Shown here piece by piece: positions 1-10,221 of a stretch of DNA of 64,000 bases. The notes below the pieces were generated by a model that was not told the DNA's origin, made no database searches, and worked only from the letters and a program-made list of their open reading frames with translations. The translations under genes were made by a program, and so were the position numbers. Source of the stretch: Candidatus Micrarchaeota archaeon (GTDB lineage: Archaea; Micrarchaeota; Micrarchaeia; Anstonellales; Anstonellaceae); the NCBI GenBank assembly GCA_026413765.1, contig JAOAKI010000004.1:33513-97512 (forward strand). Direction: 5' to 3'. Numbering within the stretch: position 1 is the stretch's first letter; every line of letters begins with the position of its first letter.

Positions 1-53
1 TCATTGCAACCTTGCTTGGATTCTTTAGCATTTGGTCGATGCGCGAAATAAAG

Positions 54-245
54 ATGTCGCTTGCCCTCAAGATGAAGCTGGAAGGAAGGGAGCTTTTTAC
101 GGAAAATGGCGCTTATCTGGGCAAAATCTTGGGTGTTGATCCAAAAGAGCTGACAATAATTTACCGCTCGCCTCTTGGCCAAAAGCTCACTGTGCATCTG
201 GGCGACGTCTCTTCTCTTGGCGAGCGAGTGCTGGTCAAGATTTAG
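54..245 (+). CDS. Small PRC-barrel domain protein
   Basis: [20 protein letters not shown]...[11 protein letters not shown] fits the PRC-barrel pattern (L.G..V.T..G..LG.V...V..IGD.VLV); start codon uncertain (39 or 54). Confidence 0.65.
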   Translation: MSLALKMKLEGRELFTENGAYLGKILGVDPKELTIIYRSPLGQKLTVHLGDVSSLGERVLVKI

Positions 246-2262
246 ACTTTGTCGGTTTTTTGCCAATCATCCTTTTCATCTTTGAGATCAGCTTTTCTTT
301 CGCAGCGCAGTCCACAAGAGCAACCTTTAGCACATCGACAAAATTCTTCACAGGCACTATCTTTATCTTCCCCTTTAGTCTCTTGGAAAGGTAGATGTCC
401 TCTACGTTGTTTGCAGGCACGATAATCTCTTTGAGCCCTGCCTCAATTGCAGCCTCTGTCTTTCCTGTGACTCCCCCTACTGGAAGCACCTCTCCCCTTA
501 CAGAAAGCGAGCCTGTCATTGCTACTTCTTGCCTGACAGGTATGCCTTCCATAGCAGATATTATCGCAACCGCAATCGAGATAGAGGCCGAATCGCCCTC
601 TACTCCTTCGTAGGTTTGCAAGAACTGGACATGCATATCATACTGGCTTACATCTCTTCCGATGTGCTTTTTGATTATTGCGGATACATTTTCAACAGCT
701 TCTTTTGCGATTGTCCCAAGCTTCCCAGTCGCTATGAGCTTCCCTTCAGATTTGCTGCTTGACGGCGTAACTTCTGCCACAATTGGCATGACTAATCCAG
801 AAAGTGTATCTCCAATCACTGCCAATCCATTTACCTTCCCTACCTGGCTGCCGCTGATTGAGAAGACCTGGTAGTCCTTGCGGGATTCTATTACTCTCCT
901 GCTTATCTGCTGCTCGAGTGTCTGGGCTATCTTTTTTGCCCTGATTACATGATCCGCAGTGACATATTTTGCTTTTTCTTCGTTTGCAATGTCGCCTGCA
1001 GCCCTCACAAGCCCTCCAAGCTCCCTCAAATTTAGCGACAGCCTCTTTTTGCGGCCAGCCATCCTGCGCGCTTCGTCTATAACTTCTGCCACCGCATCAA
1101 AAGTGAAATGCGGTATCTTCTTGTCTTTTTTTACTTCTTGGGCAACAAATTGCACATATTTGTCTTGGTTCTCGGGCGTGTCTGGAATGCTGTCTTGCAT
1201 ATAAACCTCGTATCCGTTCCCCCTTATCCGTGAGCGCAAGGCAGGATGCATGTTCCTCAAATCCATCAGGTTTCCTGCTGCCACAAGAACAAAATCGCAT
1301 GGGACAGGCTCGGTTTTAACAATTGCTCCTGATGAATTCTCAGATTGCCCGGTTATTGGATATTTTTTCTCCTGCATTGCAGTCAGAAGCTCTTGTTGGC
1401 TTCTTGGGCGCAAGGATGCAATCTCATCTATGAACAGAACTCCTTTGTTTGCCCGGTGAATTGCTCCTGCCTCCACCCTCAAATGCGCAGGCGTGCCCAG
1501 GCCGCCTGATTGAAGCGGATCGTGCTTTACATCCCCAAGTAAAGCTCCAGCCTTGGCTCCAGTCGCATCAACAAATGGCGCAGTCTTTCTCCCTGAATTA
1601 TCTACAATTAGCTTTGGCTCATTTGCCTCCGAAAATCCAAACCTTCTCCCAAAGTTGTTCGTGAACTTGTTGAGCAAAAAGAGGAATCCAAGGCCAAACA
1701 GTATCGCAAGCACAAACCACTTGTTTTCATTCGAAAGCATCCCTGTCGCATAAAGAACGATGATTGCGCCTATCATTACAAGCAGAAACATTATTCCGTC
1801 GCTTCCGCTGTTTTTGTTCATCATCGCCTCCCTGCTTTTGGTTGCCTGCTGTATTATCCTTCCTTGCCCAATCTCTTCTTCAGTTTCTTCTTTTTGCCCA
1901 AGCTGCGCAAGCATCTTTCTCATCTGTCTAAAAGAGGAATAAAGCTGGCTTAACTGCGGGTCTTTGCGTATCTCTTCTTCAGTCGGGTAGGTCTTTACAG
2001 TGCGAATGATTGGGCGATTTTCGTCGTTAGGGTTGGGATAGACAAGCACATCCTCAAGGTCGGTTGCAGGCATCAGCTCTGCCATCGCCTGCGCAAGCAT
2101 CGATTTGCCAGTCCCAGGCATGCCTATCATCAAGACGTTCCTTCTTTGGGCAGCTGCCTTCTTTACTATTTTTACTGCTTCGTCTTGGCCTATGACCTGG
2201 TCTATCAGCCTAGAAGGAATGGGAATTTCCTCTGTGGTTTTAAACTTCCTCATCCTTCCCAC
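235..2262 (-). CDS. lonB: Archaeal membrane-anchored ATP-dependent protease LonB
   Basis: DQVIGQD, Walker A GMPGTGKS, two TM helices inserted in the AAA domain, [12 protein letters not shown], catalytic GDSAS (Ser) and PVGGVTGK (Lys). Confidence 0.97.
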   Translation of the reverse strand: MGRMRKFKTTEEIPIPSRLIDQVIGQDEAVKIVKKAAAQRRNVLMIGMPGTGKSMLAQAMAELMPATDLEDVLVYPNPNDENRPIIRTVKTYPTEEEIRKDPQLSQLYSSFRQMRKMLAQLGQKEETEEEIGQGRIIQQATKSREAMMNKNSGSDGIMFLLVMIGAIIVLYATGMLSNENKWFVLAILFGLGFLFLLNKFTNNFGRRFGFSEANEPKLIVDNSGRKTAPFVDATGAKAGALLGDVKHDPLQSGGLGTPAHLRVEAGAIHRANKGVLFIDEIASLRPRSQQELLTAMQEKKYPITGQSENSSGAIVKTEPVPCDFVLVAAGNLMDLRNMHPALRSRIRGNGYEVYMQDSIPDTPENQDKYVQFVAQEVKKDKKIPHFTFDAVAEVIDEARRMAGRKKRLSLNLRELGGLVRAAGDIANEEKAKYVTADHVIRAKKIAQTLEQQISRRVIESRKDYQVFSISGSQVGKVNGLAVIGDTLSGLVMPIVAEVTPSSSKSEGKLIATGKLGTIAKEAVENVSAIIKKHIGRDVSQYDMHVQFLQTYEGVEGDSASISIAVAIISAMEGIPVRQEVAMTGSLSVRGEVLPVGGVTGKTEAAIEAGLKEIIVPANNVEDIYLSKRLKGKIKIVPVKNFVDVLKVALVDCAAKEKLISKMKRMIGKKPTKSKS

Positions 2263-2302
2263 CTAAAGCAGTCCAAAGCTATCTTTCCACTTATTTTTAT
2301 AT

Positions 2303-2878
2303 TTAATTTTCCAGGGGTCCAGATTTTCTTACAATCTCCCTTATTTGCTCCATAATCATTTCCTGCCTCTTCCTCATTGTCTCAACAAAAGCTTCTTTTG
2401 CTTTCTGACAAGAAACTGGGTTATCGCAGTTTTTGAGGGCCAGCATCTCTTTTTCCATCTGAGAATCGTTCAACGCCCTTATTATCTCCTCCATTTTTTT
2501 TATTCTATAGGTATTTGGTATCCCTTTCGGGCCAAATGCTTCTTGGTAATACTTATCCAGCTCCTCGACCTTCATGCTTTCCTTGACCTTCTCCTCGATC
2601 ATCCCAAGCAGCTGGCTTTCGTTTTTCAGTCTTGAAAGCTCAATTTCTGCAGAGGAGACCTTTGCCTCCAAGCCTTTTTTGTTCACAATGCAATCCTCCA
2701 GTCGAGCCTCTAAATTGTACGATTTCTGTTGTTCTTCTGCTAGCTGCCTTGAAAAGTAGGATTTCTCCTCCTGCAGCGCTTTCTGGATCTGCTCGCACTC
2801 GTCTTTGGTCCCTATTCCAACCTGTGCGCATCCTGCAAGCACAAGAAAGCAAACAATCACAACAGCAGCCTTCATCAA
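2303..2878 (-). CDS. Hypothetical lipoprotein with coiled coil
   Basis: Signal peptide ending in lipobox LAGC, followed by an E/K/Q-rich heptad region. Confidence 0.7.
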   Translation of the reverse strand: MMKAAVVIVCFLVLAGCAQVGIGTKDECEQIQKALQEEKSYFSRQLAEEQQKSYNLEARLEDCIVNKKGLEAKVSSAEIELSRLKNESQLLGMIEEKVKESMKVEELDKYYQEAFGPKGIPNTYRIKKMEEIIRALNDSQMEKEMLALKNCDNPVSCQKAKEAFVETMRKRQEMIMEQIREIVRKSGPLEN

Positions 2879-2929
2879 AATTACCTTTCTTTGAATCTTT
2901 TTTATCTTTACTGGATTGCTTTTGTGGTG

Positions 2930-2999
2930 TGTTAATTTATATTTTACAGTGTTAATAAGGTATTAACGCTTTTAAATCTTTGTTAATACAATATTGACA
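2930..2999. promoter_or_regulatory. Three palindromic operator-like sites (TGTTAATA-N3-TATTRACR) flanking a TATA box upstream of the wHTH-grpE-dnaK operon
   Basis: 2930-2948 TGTTAATT-TAT-ATTTTACA; 2950-2968 TGTTAATA-AGG-TATTAACG; 2981-2999 TGTTAATA-CAA-TATTGACA; TATA-like TTTTAAAT at 2970-2977 between sites 2 and 3. Confidence 0.75.
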
Positions 3000-3008
3000 G
3001 TGATTGGC

Positions 3009-3458
3009 ATGGCAGAAAAAAAATCCTCGCTTCCAGTCTTGGCTTCACAGCAAAAGACGAGCTTGGATTCCGATCTTGCTCTGCTTTGCAAAATGATGCG
3101 CATCATGTCTGAGCGAGACACCGCGCGCACACTTCCTCAGGTGCTGAAGCTGATGCTTATCGAGGGCAAAGGGAAAGCGGTTGGTGGAAGCGAACTTTCC
3201 AGGCTTTCGGGCCTCAACAGGATCACTGTAATACATCATCTCAAAAGACTTGAAGAAGCTGGCTTCGTGCGCAGAATAGAAGGCAAATACGTCCTCCGCT
3301 TCCATTCTGCCGAAGAGATGCTAATTGAGTTCAGGAAAGAGATGGAGAAGGCATTTATGGAAATGGACGAGCTTGCAAGGCAGATAGATGAGCAGTTTGC
3401 AGAGCTGGAAAGAGAGTTTGCAACCAATTACTCTGCTCTTCAAAAAAAGAAGAAATGA
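3009..3458 (+). CDS. ArsR-like winged-helix transcriptional regulator with C-terminal coiled coil (putative heat-shock repressor)
   Basis: SELSRLSGLNRITVIHHLKRLEEAGFVRRIEGKYVL is a wHTH; first gene of the grpE-dnaK operon. Confidence 0.8.
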   Translation: MAEKKSSLPVLASQQKTSLDSDLALLCKMMRIMSERDTARTLPQVLKLMLIEGKGKAVGGSELSRLSGLNRITVIHHLKRLEEAGFVRRIEGKYVLRFHSAEEMLIEFRKEMEKAFMEMDELARQIDEQFAELEREFATNYSALQKKKK

Positions 3459-3470
3459 AAAGTGGTTTTT

Positions 3471-4046
3471 ATGAAAGAAAACAAGCTTTCTGCTACCTCA
3501 GGTCACCCAGATGAAGAGAAAGCCAACCAAAGCCAGCTGCCCAAAGAGCAGCAAAACCAGCAGCAAGAAGCCGACAACCAACAAGCTTCAATATCCGAGC
3601 TTTCTTCTAAAATTTCGCAGCTTTCCGAGCAGCTTTTGCGGCTGCATGCTGAGTTTGACAATTACAAAAAGAGGTCTGCAAAAGAAAAAGAGGCGCTTTT
3701 GAACCACGCTGAAAGCAACATGATGCTCCGCTTCCTTCCGATTTACGAAGAAATCTCATTTGCCGAGCAAGAGGCATCCAAGCTATCTCAAGACTCCCTA
3801 AAGACTGGCATCTTGCTTGTGCTTTCAAAGCTTCGCTCTGCATTTGAGAAAGAGGGCCTAGAGCAGCTCAAAGTAGAAGGGCAAAAGTTCGACCCTTTCT
3901 TGCATGAAGCCGCAGGCTATGAGCCTTCTGATCTGCCAGAAGGCACGGTCGTGCGTGTAATTCAGAACGGCTATAAATTCAGGGGCGAAATTCTTCGCCC
4001 TGCTGTCGTGATTGTCTCATCAGGCAAGAAAAAAAATGAAAATTAG
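3471..4046 (+). CDS. grpE: Nucleotide exchange factor GrpE
   Basis: [35 protein letters not shown]. Confidence 0.96.
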   Translation: MKENKLSATSGHPDEEKANQSQLPKEQQNQQQEADNQQASISELSSKISQLSEQLLRLHAEFDNYKKRSAKEKEALLNHAESNMMLRFLPIYEEISFAEQEASKLSQDSLKTGILLVLSKLRSAFEKEGLEQLKVEGQKFDPFLHEAAGYEPSDLPEGTVVRVIQNGYKFRGEILRPAVVIVSSGKKKNEN

Positions 4047-4060
4047 TCGGGGTGAGCTTT

Positions 4061-5917
4061 ATGGCAAAAATAATTGGTATCGACCTTGGAACTTCAAATT
4101 CGGCAGCAGCAGTGCTTGAAGGAGGAAAGCCGGTGATGATACCTTCTGCTGAAGGCGCATCACAATATGGCAAAGCATTCCCTTCATATGTTGCATTCAC
4201 AAAAGACGGCAATCTTTTGGTTGGCGAGCCTGCCCGAAGACAGGCAATAACAAACCCTGAAGGTACCTTCTATGGGTTCAAAAGGAAGATGGGCACGGAT
4301 TTCAAATACAAGGCATTTGGCAAAGAATACCGCCCACAAGAGCTTTCTGCCTTCCTTTTGCAAAAAATAAAGCGTGACGCAGAAATGTTTCTTGGCGACA
4401 AAGTTGAGAAGGCAGTCATCACAGTACCTGCTTATTTTGATGACAACCAGCGCCAAGCTACAAAAGACGCAGGAGCAATCGCCGGCCTTGAAGTTGTCAG
4501 AATCATCAATGAGCCAACTGCAGCAGCATTGGCATATGGTTTGGACAAGTCAGACAAAGAGCAGCGGATTGTCGTGTTCGACTTAGGGGGCGGCACATTG
4601 GATGTCACAGTGATGGAATTCGGAAAAGGCGTTTTCGAGGTCAAAAGCACATCTGGCGACACGCAGCTTGGCGGCACCGATATGGACAATGCGATAGTGG
4701 ATTATTTGGTTGGAGTGTTCTTGCGCGAAAGCGGCATCAATGTTTCAACCGACAAACAAGCAATGCAGAGGTTGCGTGAAGCTGCTGAGAAGGCGAAGAT
4801 AGAGCTTTCCACTGTTCTTGAATCTGAGATAAATCTTCCATTCCTTTCCGCAGACAGTAGCGGCCCGAAGCATTTCGTCCACAAGCTGACTCGCGCAAAG
4901 CTGGAAGAAATCGTGGAGCCTATTGTCACCAGATGCAAAAAGCCAATTGCGCAGGCTCTTCAAGATGCAAAGCTTACTATCAACGACATAGACAAAATCA
5001 TTCTTGTTGGTGGGCCGACCAGGATGCCAATTGTGCAGCGCTTCATTGAAACTACATTTGGCAAAAAGCCCGAGCGCGGAATCGATCCTATGGAATGCGT
5101 AGCGATGGGGGCAGCAATTCAGGCAGGAATAATCTCAGGAGATGTAAAAGATATCTTGCTGCTTGATGTCACTCCTCTTTCGCTTGGAATTGAAACCCTA
5201 GGTGGAGTGTTCACCAAGCTCATAGAAAGGAACACAACCATCCCGACGCGCAAGTCCCAGATTTTCACGACTGCAGCAGATTTCCAGACTTCTGTCGAAA
5301 TCCATGTTCTGCAAGGAGAGCGTGCAATGGCAAAAGACAATATTGAGCTTGGGAGATTCTCCCTTGTAGGAATCCCTCCAGCGCCGAGAGGCGTCCCGCA
5401 AATTGAGGTGACATTTGACATCGACGCAAACGGCATATTGCATGTATCTGCAAAGGACTTGGGCACAGGCAAAGAGCAAAAGATGCAAATCATCGCTCCG
5501 CACAAAATGGACAAAGCGGAAATAGAGGCGAAAATGAAAGAGGCTGAAAGATTCGCAGAGCAGGACCGGCGCGCCCGCGAAGAGGCTGAAATGAAAAACG
5601 AAGCAGAAGCTTTAGCATACACCGCAGAAAAGACTCTCTCTGAATTAGGGGACAAAATTGAGGCGCCATTAAAAGAAAAAGTCAAGAAAGCTGCAGAAGA
5701 AGTGCGGGAAGCTCTCAAAAAGAACGACATAGCAGCAATAAAATCCGCAATGGACAATCTCAAAAAAGCCCTTCAAGAAGCAGGGGCATCGCTTTACCGC
5801 GGCTCGGCTTCCTCCGGGCCAAACTTTGGTCCAGGACCCGGCAGCGGGCCGTCTGGTGATAGCTCACAGAAAGGACCAACTGACAATGTCTTTGATGCAG
5901 ATTACAAGAAAGTCTAG
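4061..5917 (+). CDS. dnaK: Chaperone DnaK (Hsp70)
   Basis: [43 protein letters not shown]. Confidence 0.99.
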   Translation: MAKIIGIDLGTSNSAAAVLEGGKPVMIPSAEGASQYGKAFPSYVAFTKDGNLLVGEPARRQAITNPEGTFYGFKRKMGTDFKYKAFGKEYRPQELSAFLLQKIKRDAEMFLGDKVEKAVITVPAYFDDNQRQATKDAGAIAGLEVVRIINEPTAAALAYGLDKSDKEQRIVVFDLGGGTLDVTVMEFGKGVFEVKSTSGDTQLGGTDMDNAIVDYLVGVFLRESGINVSTDKQAMQRLREAAEKAKIELSTVLESEINLPFLSADSSGPKHFVHKLTRAKLEEIVEPIVTRCKKPIAQALQDAKLTINDIDKIILVGGPTRMPIVQRFIETTFGKKPERGIDPMECVAMGAAIQAGIISGDVKDILLLDVTPLSLGIETLGGVFTKLIERNTTIPTRKSQIFTTAADFQTSVEIHVLQGERAMAKDNIELGRFSLVGIPPAPRGVPQIEVTFDIDANGILHVSAKDLGTGKEQKMQIIAPHKMDKAEIEAKMKEAERFAEQDRRAREEAEMKNEAEALAYTAEKTLSELGDKIEAPLKEKVKKAAEEVREALKKNDIAAIKSAMDNLKKALQEAGASLYRGSASSGPNFGPGPGSGPSGDSSQKGPTDNVFDADYKKV

Positions 5918-5971
5918 CGCCTTCCATCGCAAAATTTAAGCTTTTCCCACAATTAAATTCAAACGAGCTTT

Positions 5972-6910
5972 ATGCAGTTGTTCAAGAAGCCAACTCTCCA
6001 GCAAATATCATGCGGAATTCTTGTTTCCACCATGCTTGCTTCTTCTGTCTTTTTCAGCAAAATGATTGATGCATCAAAGGCAAAACTTCCACAAAAAGAT
6101 CTGGCGACAGTTTCGTTGACTGACAGCGCCTCAATCCAATCAAAAGAACTGCTTGTCAAAGACAGTCTGCCAAAGCACAGTTTTTCTTCCTCAACGCTAA
6201 AAAAAGCAAGGCTTTACCTTCTTTCCAGAGGCTTCCAAATAGCGTACATAGATTCCATCTTGTCTGACAAGAGGTTAACAAAGCTTAGCATTTTCCCAAA
6301 ATCCAAGCCACAACGCAAATTGACCTATGAAGAATACAAAAAAATTTTCGGAGTCCATCTGTTGGCAAACCACGGAAAGCGCTTTTATGCGCAGCACAGG
6401 CAGCTTTTCGATTCGCTCCAACAGGCAACCAATGTTCCAGCCTCGTTAGTGCTTTCGATTTTAGGCATTGAAAGCAATTACGGCAAGCATACTGGCAGCC
6501 ACAAGATAGTCAATGTTTTTCTGACTATCATCGAAGAGAAGCCTGCTCGAGCTGAATTTGCGCTAGAGCAGCTGTCTGCTTTCTTGGATTTGTGTCTCAA
6601 GTTCGAGGCAGACCCTTATTCAGTCAAGGGTTCGCACTGGGGAGCATTCCTTACTGCGCAATTCATTCCTACTTCTGTCAAAAAATACCTCGGAGTCGTG
6701 AACCCAACCAGCTTCGAAGAGCTTTTTTCGACTGAAAACTCGATAAAATTGGCGTTTGCCTATCTTGCAGACTCAGGTGCCTCAGTAAAAAGCGGCTTTT
6801 CAGTAGGCAGTGACAATTACAAAGCAGCATTAGCATACAATCCTTCTTCTTATTATGCGCGGCTTGCGGTTGAGCTTGCGGCGCTGATCCAAAATGAGCT
6901 CAGGAAATGA
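5972..6910 (+). CDS. Lytic murein transglycosylase, MltB/SLT_2 family
   Basis: VPASLVLSILGIESNYG (catalytic Glu motif), GSHWGAFLTAQFIPTS, AYNPSSYYA correspond to MltB motifs; N-terminal hydrophobic segment. Confidence 0.85.
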   Translation: MQLFKKPTLQQISCGILVSTMLASSVFFSKMIDASKAKLPQKDLATVSLTDSASIQSKELLVKDSLPKHSFSSSTLKKARLYLLSRGFQIAYIDSILSDKRLTKLSIFPKSKPQRKLTYEEYKKIFGVHLLANHGKRFYAQHRQLFDSLQQATNVPASLVLSILGIESNYGKHTGSHKIVNVFLTIIEEKPARAEFALEQLSAFLDLCLKFEADPYSVKGSHWGAFLTAQFIPTSVKKYLGVVNPTSFEELFSTENSIKLAFAYLADSGASVKSGFSVGSDNYKAALAYNPSSYYARLAVELAALIQNELRK

Positions 6911-7012
6911 TGGGGCCGCTGTGATTTGAACACAGATCGCTAGGTTTTCCAAAATCGGCAGATTTGCCAATTTTCCCGAACCTAGTAGCATACCAGGTTA
7001 GCCCACGGCCCC
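6911..7012 (-). tRNA. tRNA-Pro(CGG) with 29-nt intron at 37/38 (6946-6974)
   Basis: Acceptor GGGGCCG/CGGCCCC+A; anticodon stem CTAGG/CCTAG with TT-CGG-G; T arm CTGTG-TTCAAAT-CACAG; intron forms a hairpin and a BHB. Confidence 0.93.
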
Positions 7013-7066
7013 AAATTCAAATTTGAACATTTCTTATATTTTGCATCGCTTTGTTTTTCATTTTTT

Positions 7067-7594
7067 CTATTCGTCTTTCCAAAGCAATGCCAGCTTGCCT
7101 GCCACCGTTAATGCGATTGTCCTTATCGACACAGTTCATGCTTTTGAGGAAATCAATATGCTGATAGACCATCACATCGCTTTTTTCTGCTTTTTTTGCT
7201 ATCTGCTGGACATCCAGCCTTCATTCTTCTTTTGAGGAAAGGGAAGCTATTGCCTCAAGAAAGCCTTTTTCCCTTCTGAAAGCTCAAAGATGACCTGGGG
7301 CAAATCAACAAGCTCTTCTTCGCTTTTGTCAATATTGTTGCACACTATCTTTGAGACAAGGTTGGGCCTACCATAGCAGCCATAAAGCAGCCCTTGGGCA
7401 AGAAGCTCCCACCCTCCTGAAATGTTGACTATTTTTTCAGAATCGTCCGCCTCAAGAAGCTCAATAGCTTTCCTTGGAATTGCAAGAATGTCTGTGCCGT
7501 CAACCTCTTCTTTTGATTGAGAAAATGTATGGATCGATGCCGCCACCGGTCGAAAAGAATAGAAGCTGCATATAAATGTAGTGTTTGAGCCCAA
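7067..7594 (-). pseudogene. Disrupted Csa3-like CARF-wHTH regulator
   Basis: ORF 7247-7594 has the CARF motif IVNISGG-x-LAQGLLYGCY; shifted frames continue as LEAIAS..*RLDVQQIAKKAEKSDVMVYQHIDFLKSM (wHTH) and LTVAGKLALL; at least 2 frameshifts and 1 stop. Confidence 0.7.
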
Positions 7595-7756
7595 CCCAAC
7601 ACCCCTGCATCAATTTGTGCTGATTTAATTTAAATCTTTGGAGTTAATGGCGGCAACAAAGCCAAACATTTTTCTGCCACATCAGAGCGGTTTTTCATCA
7701 TCATTTCCCGACAGGCGGTCCGATCAGCTTTTATTTTTTTCACAAGAGCAACTTTC

Positions 7757-8368
7757 ATGGACACGCTGCTGCAATTTTTCCTTTCTTCATTCATATCTAT
7801 TCTTGCAATCATCAACCCAATCTCCACAATCGGCGTTTTCCTTTCGATGCTTCGCAATGTCCATCCGAAGGAGAGGCACAAGATAGCGTTGAACGTCAGC
7901 ATTGTCGCATTTTTCGTGCTTCTTTTCTTTTCAATTACCGGCTATCTTGTCTTTCAAATTTATTCAATAACGATTGAGGCATTCAGAATTGCAGGCGGCT
8001 TGGTCTTGCTGCTGATCGGCATTCGGATGATATTCCCGCAACCCCACCAGTCGCACCCAACCGTGACCCAATCCTATGTTGTTCCGCTTGCAATCCCAAT
8101 GACTTCAGGCCCAGGCGCAATAACCACTTCGGTTGTTTTGGCAAGCCAGGCAACCTCTTTCTTGCATGAGATAGCGCTTTGGACAGCCATTTTTTTCGCC
8201 TGTGTCGTCAACTTTCTTGTCCTTCGGTTTTCTGATTCAATCAACCGAAAGCTGGGCGATAGCGGCCTTTCTGCTTTAGTAAAAATAATGGGTTTAATAG
8301 TATGTTCGATAGGCGTCCAATTCATCATTGTAGGCCTCAAGGCATCTTTCCCTGTCCTTGGAGGCTGA
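7757..8368 (+). CDS. MarC family integral membrane protein
   Basis: IINPIS, FRIAGGLVLL, VPLAIPMTSGPGAIT. Confidence 0.93.
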   Translation: MDTLLQFFLSSFISILAIINPISTIGVFLSMLRNVHPKERHKIALNVSIVAFFVLLFFSITGYLVFQIYSITIEAFRIAGGLVLLLIGIRMIFPQPHQSHPTVTQSYVVPLAIPMTSGPGAITTSVVLASQATSFLHEIALWTAIFFACVVNFLVLRFSDSINRKLGDSGLSALVKIMGLIVCSIGVQFIIVGLKASFPVLGG

Positions 8369-8409
8369 ATTGGCGCATTTATTAAAATAATAAAGGCAAA
8401 AATTACACC

Positions 8410-10221
8410 ATGTATTTCTTGCTTGCAGAGGCAATTGCAAAATCAATTTCTGACTCGACTTCTGCCACATTCACAGAGGCATTAAGCTCAATTGAGCTCC
8501 CAAAAAAAGAATTTGGCGACATCTCGTCCACAATCTCTTTTCATCTTTCTAAAAAGCAAAAAAAATCGCCCCAGCTGCTTGCAAAAGATGTGGCAGGTTC
8601 GCTTGTTTTGCCTGACTGGATAGAAAAAGCAGAGGTGCAAGGGCCATACATCAATTTCTTTCTTTCAGACAAATTTTTTGCTTCGCTTTTGGAGCATGTC
8701 TTTTCCCTCGGGCACAATTTCGGGAGAGGCCAAAAAAAGGACGGCAAAGTGATTGTCGAATTTCCTTCGGTGAATCCAAATAAGCCATGGCACGTTGGGC
8801 ACTTGAGAAACGCCCTATTGGGGGATAGCGTAGCAAGGACTCTCGAGTTTGCAGGGTATGAAGTCGAAAGGATCGATTATATTGACGACCTTGGGCTGCA
8901 GGTGGCTCAAAGTTTCTGGGGCTATAAAAATCTTGCAAGCAAGCCGACCGGCAAGCTTGATTTGTGGCTTGGGCAGCAATATGTAGAAGTTGCTAAGCTT
9001 TTCGAGTCAGACAAGCAGACAGAAGTCCAAGTGAGGGTACTGCTCAAAAAAATAGAAGAAGGCATCCAACCTGAAGCCTCTGAGTGCAGGGCGCTTGTTG
9101 AAAAATGCGTTTCTGCGCAATATGAGACTGCATTCAAGTTTGGCATTTATCACGACGCTCTAGTGTTCGAGTCAGACATTGTAAAGACGCTATTTGCGGA
9201 AGGCATTTCTCTCTTAAAGCAAAATGGCGCGATTGCCTATGAAAAAGAGGGAAAAAACGCAGGCTGCTGGGTGGCAAAGCTTGCTTCTTGCGATTTTGAG
9301 GCTCTCGAATCCCCTGACAAGGTGCTAATCCGTTCGGATGGCACTGCAACTTATACAGGCAAAGATGTCATTTTTCAGCTTTGGAAATTTGGGCTCCTTA
9401 AAAACGATTTTCTTTACTCCGACTTCCTTGTCCAGCCAAATGGAAAAATATGCAAAATGACTTCCAGCAAGGGGACAAAAGCAAATTTTGGCAAGGCATC
9501 AAGAGTCATCAATGTCATTGGGACTGAGCAAATCTATCCGCAAAAAGTGATTCGCGAGGTCTTGCGCCTGCTTGGCTATCAAAAACAGGCAGAAAATTCT
9601 ATCCATCTTGCATACGAGCATGTCTGGTTGGAAGACAGGCACTTTTCAGGAAGGGAAGGCAGTTGGATTGGCTATACTGCTGATGAGCTTTATGATGAGG
9701 GAGTCAAAAGGGCAGCTGAAAAAATAAAGCCGCAGCTGCCTTCTGAAGAAAAGCTCAAAATCGCCTCATCGGTTTCGTGCGGCGCAATAAGATTTTCCTT
9801 TCTTCGGCCAACGCCTGAAAAAAAGATTGTCTTCAAATGGGAAGAGGCACTTTCTCTTGAGGGCGACTCTGCGCCTTACGTCATGTATGCGCACGCGCGC
9901 GCTTACAAGATTTTCGAAAAAGGCGGGCAAGGCAAAGCTTCTCCTCTGCCATTCAGCCAACACGAGCGGCACCTCTTAAAGCAAATCATGCTTTTCGAAA
10001 AAATAGTCCAAGATTCGGCTGCCCAGCTTCGGCCCCATCTTCTGGTAGATTATTGCATCGAGCTTGCTACGCTTTATAACAAATTTTATTCGACTTGCCC
10101 AATCCTTTCCTGCCAAGATGACGCTTTGCGGCAAAATAGGCTTGCAATCAATTTCGCTGCAATGACCTGCATCAGCAACGCACTGTCCATAATCGGCATC
10201 GATGCGCCAAAAACAATGTGA
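8410..10221 (+). CDS. argS: Arginyl-tRNA synthetase
   Basis: EFPSVNPNKPWHVGHLRN (HIGH), RSDGTATY, FSGREG, GDSAPYVMYAHAR, DALR domain ending in Met. Confidence 0.97.
   Translation: MYFLLAEAIAKSISDSTSATFTEALSSIELPKKEFGDISSTISFHLSKKQKKSPQLLAKDVAGSLVLPDWIEKAEVQGPYINFFLSDKFFASLLEHVFSLGHNFGRGQKKDGKVIVEFPSVNPNKPWHVGHLRNALLGDSVARTLEFAGYEVERIDYIDDLGLQVAQSFWGYKNLASKPTGKLDLWLGQQYVEVAKLFESDKQTEVQVRVLLKKIEEGIQPEASECRALVEKCVSAQYETAFKFGIYHDALVFESDIVKTLFAEGISLLKQNGAIAYEKEGKNAGCWVAKLASCDFEALESPDKVLIRSDGTATYTGKDVIFQLWKFGLLKNDFLYSDFLVQPNGKICKMTSSKGTKANFGKASRVINVIGTEQIYPQKVIREVLRLLGYQKQAENSIHLAYEHVWLEDRHFSGREGSWIGYTADELYDEGVKRAAEKIKPQLPSEEKLKIASSVSCGAIRFSFLRPTPEKKIVFKWEEALSLEGDSAPYVMYAHARAYKIFEKGGQGKASPLPFSQHERHLLKQIMLFEKIVQDSAAQLRPHLLVDYCIELATLYNKFYSTCPILSCQDDALRQNRLAINFAAMTCISNALSIIGIDAPKTM

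Noticed and set aside
5119-5763. 214-aa antisense ORF inside dnaK, and similar antisense ORFs in lonB, carB, purH and the permeases
   Set aside because: Shadow ORFs opposite well-conserved genes, with no recognisable motifs
7247-7249. Pyrrolysine/selenocysteine read-through of the stops in the Csa3-like gene
   Set aside because: Continuation needs frame changes as well as stop suppression, so decay is the simpler explanation
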